From: Macrostomum lignano
Taxonomy: Eukaryota
Direction: 5' to 3'
NCBI GenBank assembly: GCA_002269645.1
Contig: NIVC01000352.1
Span: 62,001-126,000, forward strand
Length of the DNA: 64,000 bases
The notes under the pieces were generated by a model that saw nothing but the letters and a program-made list of their open reading frames with translations, was not told where the DNA came from and made no database searches. The position numbers were made by a program, and so were the translations under genes. Below, piece after piece: positions 61,977 through 64,000 of this stretch; position 1 is the stretch's first letter; every line of letters starts with the position of its first letter.

Positions 61977-62450
61977 ATGAGCATCCTGTGCCCATGCGCA
62001 GCCTCCAGCAGTGGTGCCTCATCTGGCGCCGAGGCCAAGTACTCGGTCGGCCGGGGCAACAAGCTGTCAGCCGAGCAGGTCAGTCGTCAAATCGATCGAC
62101 AGTTGAAAGCCGACCGGGAGCTTCGACGCCACGAACGCCGCATCCTGTTGCTAGGCACTGCAGCTAGCGGTAAAAGTACATTTCTGAGATCGATGCGTAT
62201 TATACACGAGGATCGATTCTCTGAGCAGGAGCTGCTCAGTTTCAAGTCAGTTATCTATTGCAATATTTGGCGCGGCCTGATGAAATTGCTGTACGTTAAA
62301 AAACGGCTTGGCATTCGCTGGGAGAATAATAAAACTGGCGTACCGGCTGTTAAAGCGCTGCTGGCTCTGGAGAAGGAAATTGGCCACTCGGCGCTCATGG
62401 CCTGCGGCCTGCGCGAGGATCAGTTCCTCAGGGCAGCGCCTTTTATTCAG
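61977..62450 (+). CDS. Heterotrimeric G-protein alpha subunit, G12/13-like, first coding exon (gene continues beyond window)
   Basis: SRQIDRQL, RILLLGTAASGKSTFLRSMRIIH, IYCNIWRGL; N-terminal Cys5/Cys7, no Gly2; phase-0 donor CAG/GTATTT at 62450. Confidence 0.9.
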
Positions 62451-62477
62451 GTATTTCTGTTTGCATGCTCTCCTGTG

Positions 62478-63750
62478 ATTATTATCCATTAGGTCATTAG
62501 GGTTTTGTTAGCTTTCCCATGATTGTCCATTAGGCCATTAGCATTTTTCTTGCTTTAATTCCCATGATGATTATCCATTAGGTCATTAGCGGTTTTCTTG
62601 CTTTAATTCCTATGGTGATTATCCATTAGGTCATTGAGGTTTTCTTGCTTTAATTCCCATGATGGTTATTCATTAGGTCATTAGCGGTTTTCTTGCTTTC
62701 CCATGATGATTATCCATTAGGTCATTAGCAGTTTTCTTGCTTTAATTCCCATGATGGTTATTCATTAGGTCATTAGCGGTTTTCTTGCTTTCCCATGATG
62801 ATTATCCATTAGGTCATTAGCGGTTTTCTTGCTTTCCCATGATGATTATCCATTAGGTCATTAGCGGTTTTCTTGCTTTCCCATGATGATTAACCATTAG
62901 GTCATTAGCGGTTTTCTTGCTTTAATCCCTATGGTGATTATCCATTAGGTCATTAGCGGTTTTCTTGCTTTAATTCCCATGATGATTAACCATTAGGTCG
63001 TTAGCGGTTTTCTTGCTTTAATTCCAATGATGATTATCCATTAGGTCATTAGCGGTTTTCTTGCTTTCCCATGATGATTATCCATTAGGTCATTAGCGGT
63101 TTTCTTGCTTTCCAATGATGATTATCCATTAGGTCATTAGCGGTTTTCTTGCTTTCCCATGATGATTATCCATTAGGTCATTAGCGGTTTTCTTGCTTTC
63201 CCATGATGATTATCCATTAGGTCATTAGCAGTTTTCTTGCTTTAATTCCCATGATGGTTATTCATTAGGTCATTAGCGGTTTTCTTGCTTTCCCATGATG
63301 ATTATCCATTAGGTCATTAGCGGTTTTCTTGCTTTCCCATGATGATTATCCATTAGGTCATTAGCGGTTTTCTTGCTTTAATCCCTATGGTGATTATCCA
63401 TTAGGTCATTAGCGGTTTTCTTGCTTTAATTCCCATGATGATTAACCATTAGGTCGTTAGCGGTTTTCTTGCTTTAATTCCAATGATGATTATCCATTAG
63501 GTCATTAGCGGTTTTCTTGCTTTCCAATGATGATTATCCATTAGGTCATTAGCGGTTTTCTTGCTTTCCCATGATGATTATCCATTAGGTCATTAGCGGT
63601 TTTCTTGCTTTCCCATGATGATTAACCATTAGGTCATTAGCGGTTTTCTTGCTTTAATTCCCATGATGATTATCCATTAGGTCATTAGCGGTTTTCTTGC
63701 TTTCCCATGATGATTATCCAGTAGGTCATTAGCAGTTTTCTTGCTTTCCC
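62478..63750. repeat. 44/48-bp minisatellite (CCCATGATGATTATCCATTAGGTCATTAGCGGTTTTCTTGCTTT[AATT]), G-alpha intron 1
   Basis: About 28 tandem units beginning about 30 bp after the donor. Confidence 0.96.
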
Positions 63751-64000
63751 AAGAGGACTATCTATTTAGTCATAGGGTTTCGACTACTAAAATATGATTT
63801 GCCATTACCTGGGTTGGAAGGGCCAGTGTCCTATAGCTGTTTGTGAATTCCAATCCGATTGCCACATGTACAGGAAACTTTTACTAATGAAATGTTATTG
63901 GGAAACTGGCTGCTATCCGACAAGCGGCGCACTAATCGCTATCCGTATTTGATAGGAATGAGTCAATCAGGCCAGCAGCAGTCAGTTTCTTATGGGCAAG

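Noticed and set aside
15172-63750. Regular 21-48-bp repeats as CRISPR arrays
   Set aside because: Units are contiguous without unique spacers, the context is eukaryotic, and there are no cas genes.

Overview
Eukaryotic (metazoan) genomic DNA: GC-rich exons with poly-Q/A/S runs in AT-rich DNA packed with mini/microsatellites and small DNA transposons. The style resembles a free-living flatworm such as Macrostomum; this is inference, not verified. Plus-strand genes: nucleoside hydrolase (last exon), MCFD2, TRMU/MnmA, CENP-S/MHF1, CNOT10 (5 exons), class II CPD photolyase (5 exons), a C2H2 zinc-finger protein (3 exons), ABITRAM, a synaptotagmin-like TM+C2 protein and a G12/13-like G-alpha (first exon). 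Minus-strand genes: an orphan membrane protein, a Kir channel and a 4-exon DNMT3-family gene. Main observations: (1) the DNMT3 homologue keeps PWWP and ADD but has lost every recognisable catalytic motif, making it a DNMT3L-like pseudo-enzyme that retains PWWP; (2) adjacent TRMU and CENP-S (possibly photolyase) have no usable ATG and begin at phase-0 splice acceptors, as expected if a flatworm spliced leader donates its terminal AUG; (3) almost every intron carries its own private minisatellite; (4) two MITE families (8-bp and about 6-bp TSDs) and a foldback element with an expanded subterminal repeat; (5) a G-alpha with an atypical P-loop. All gene models were spliced by hand from GT/AG signals and phase consistency.
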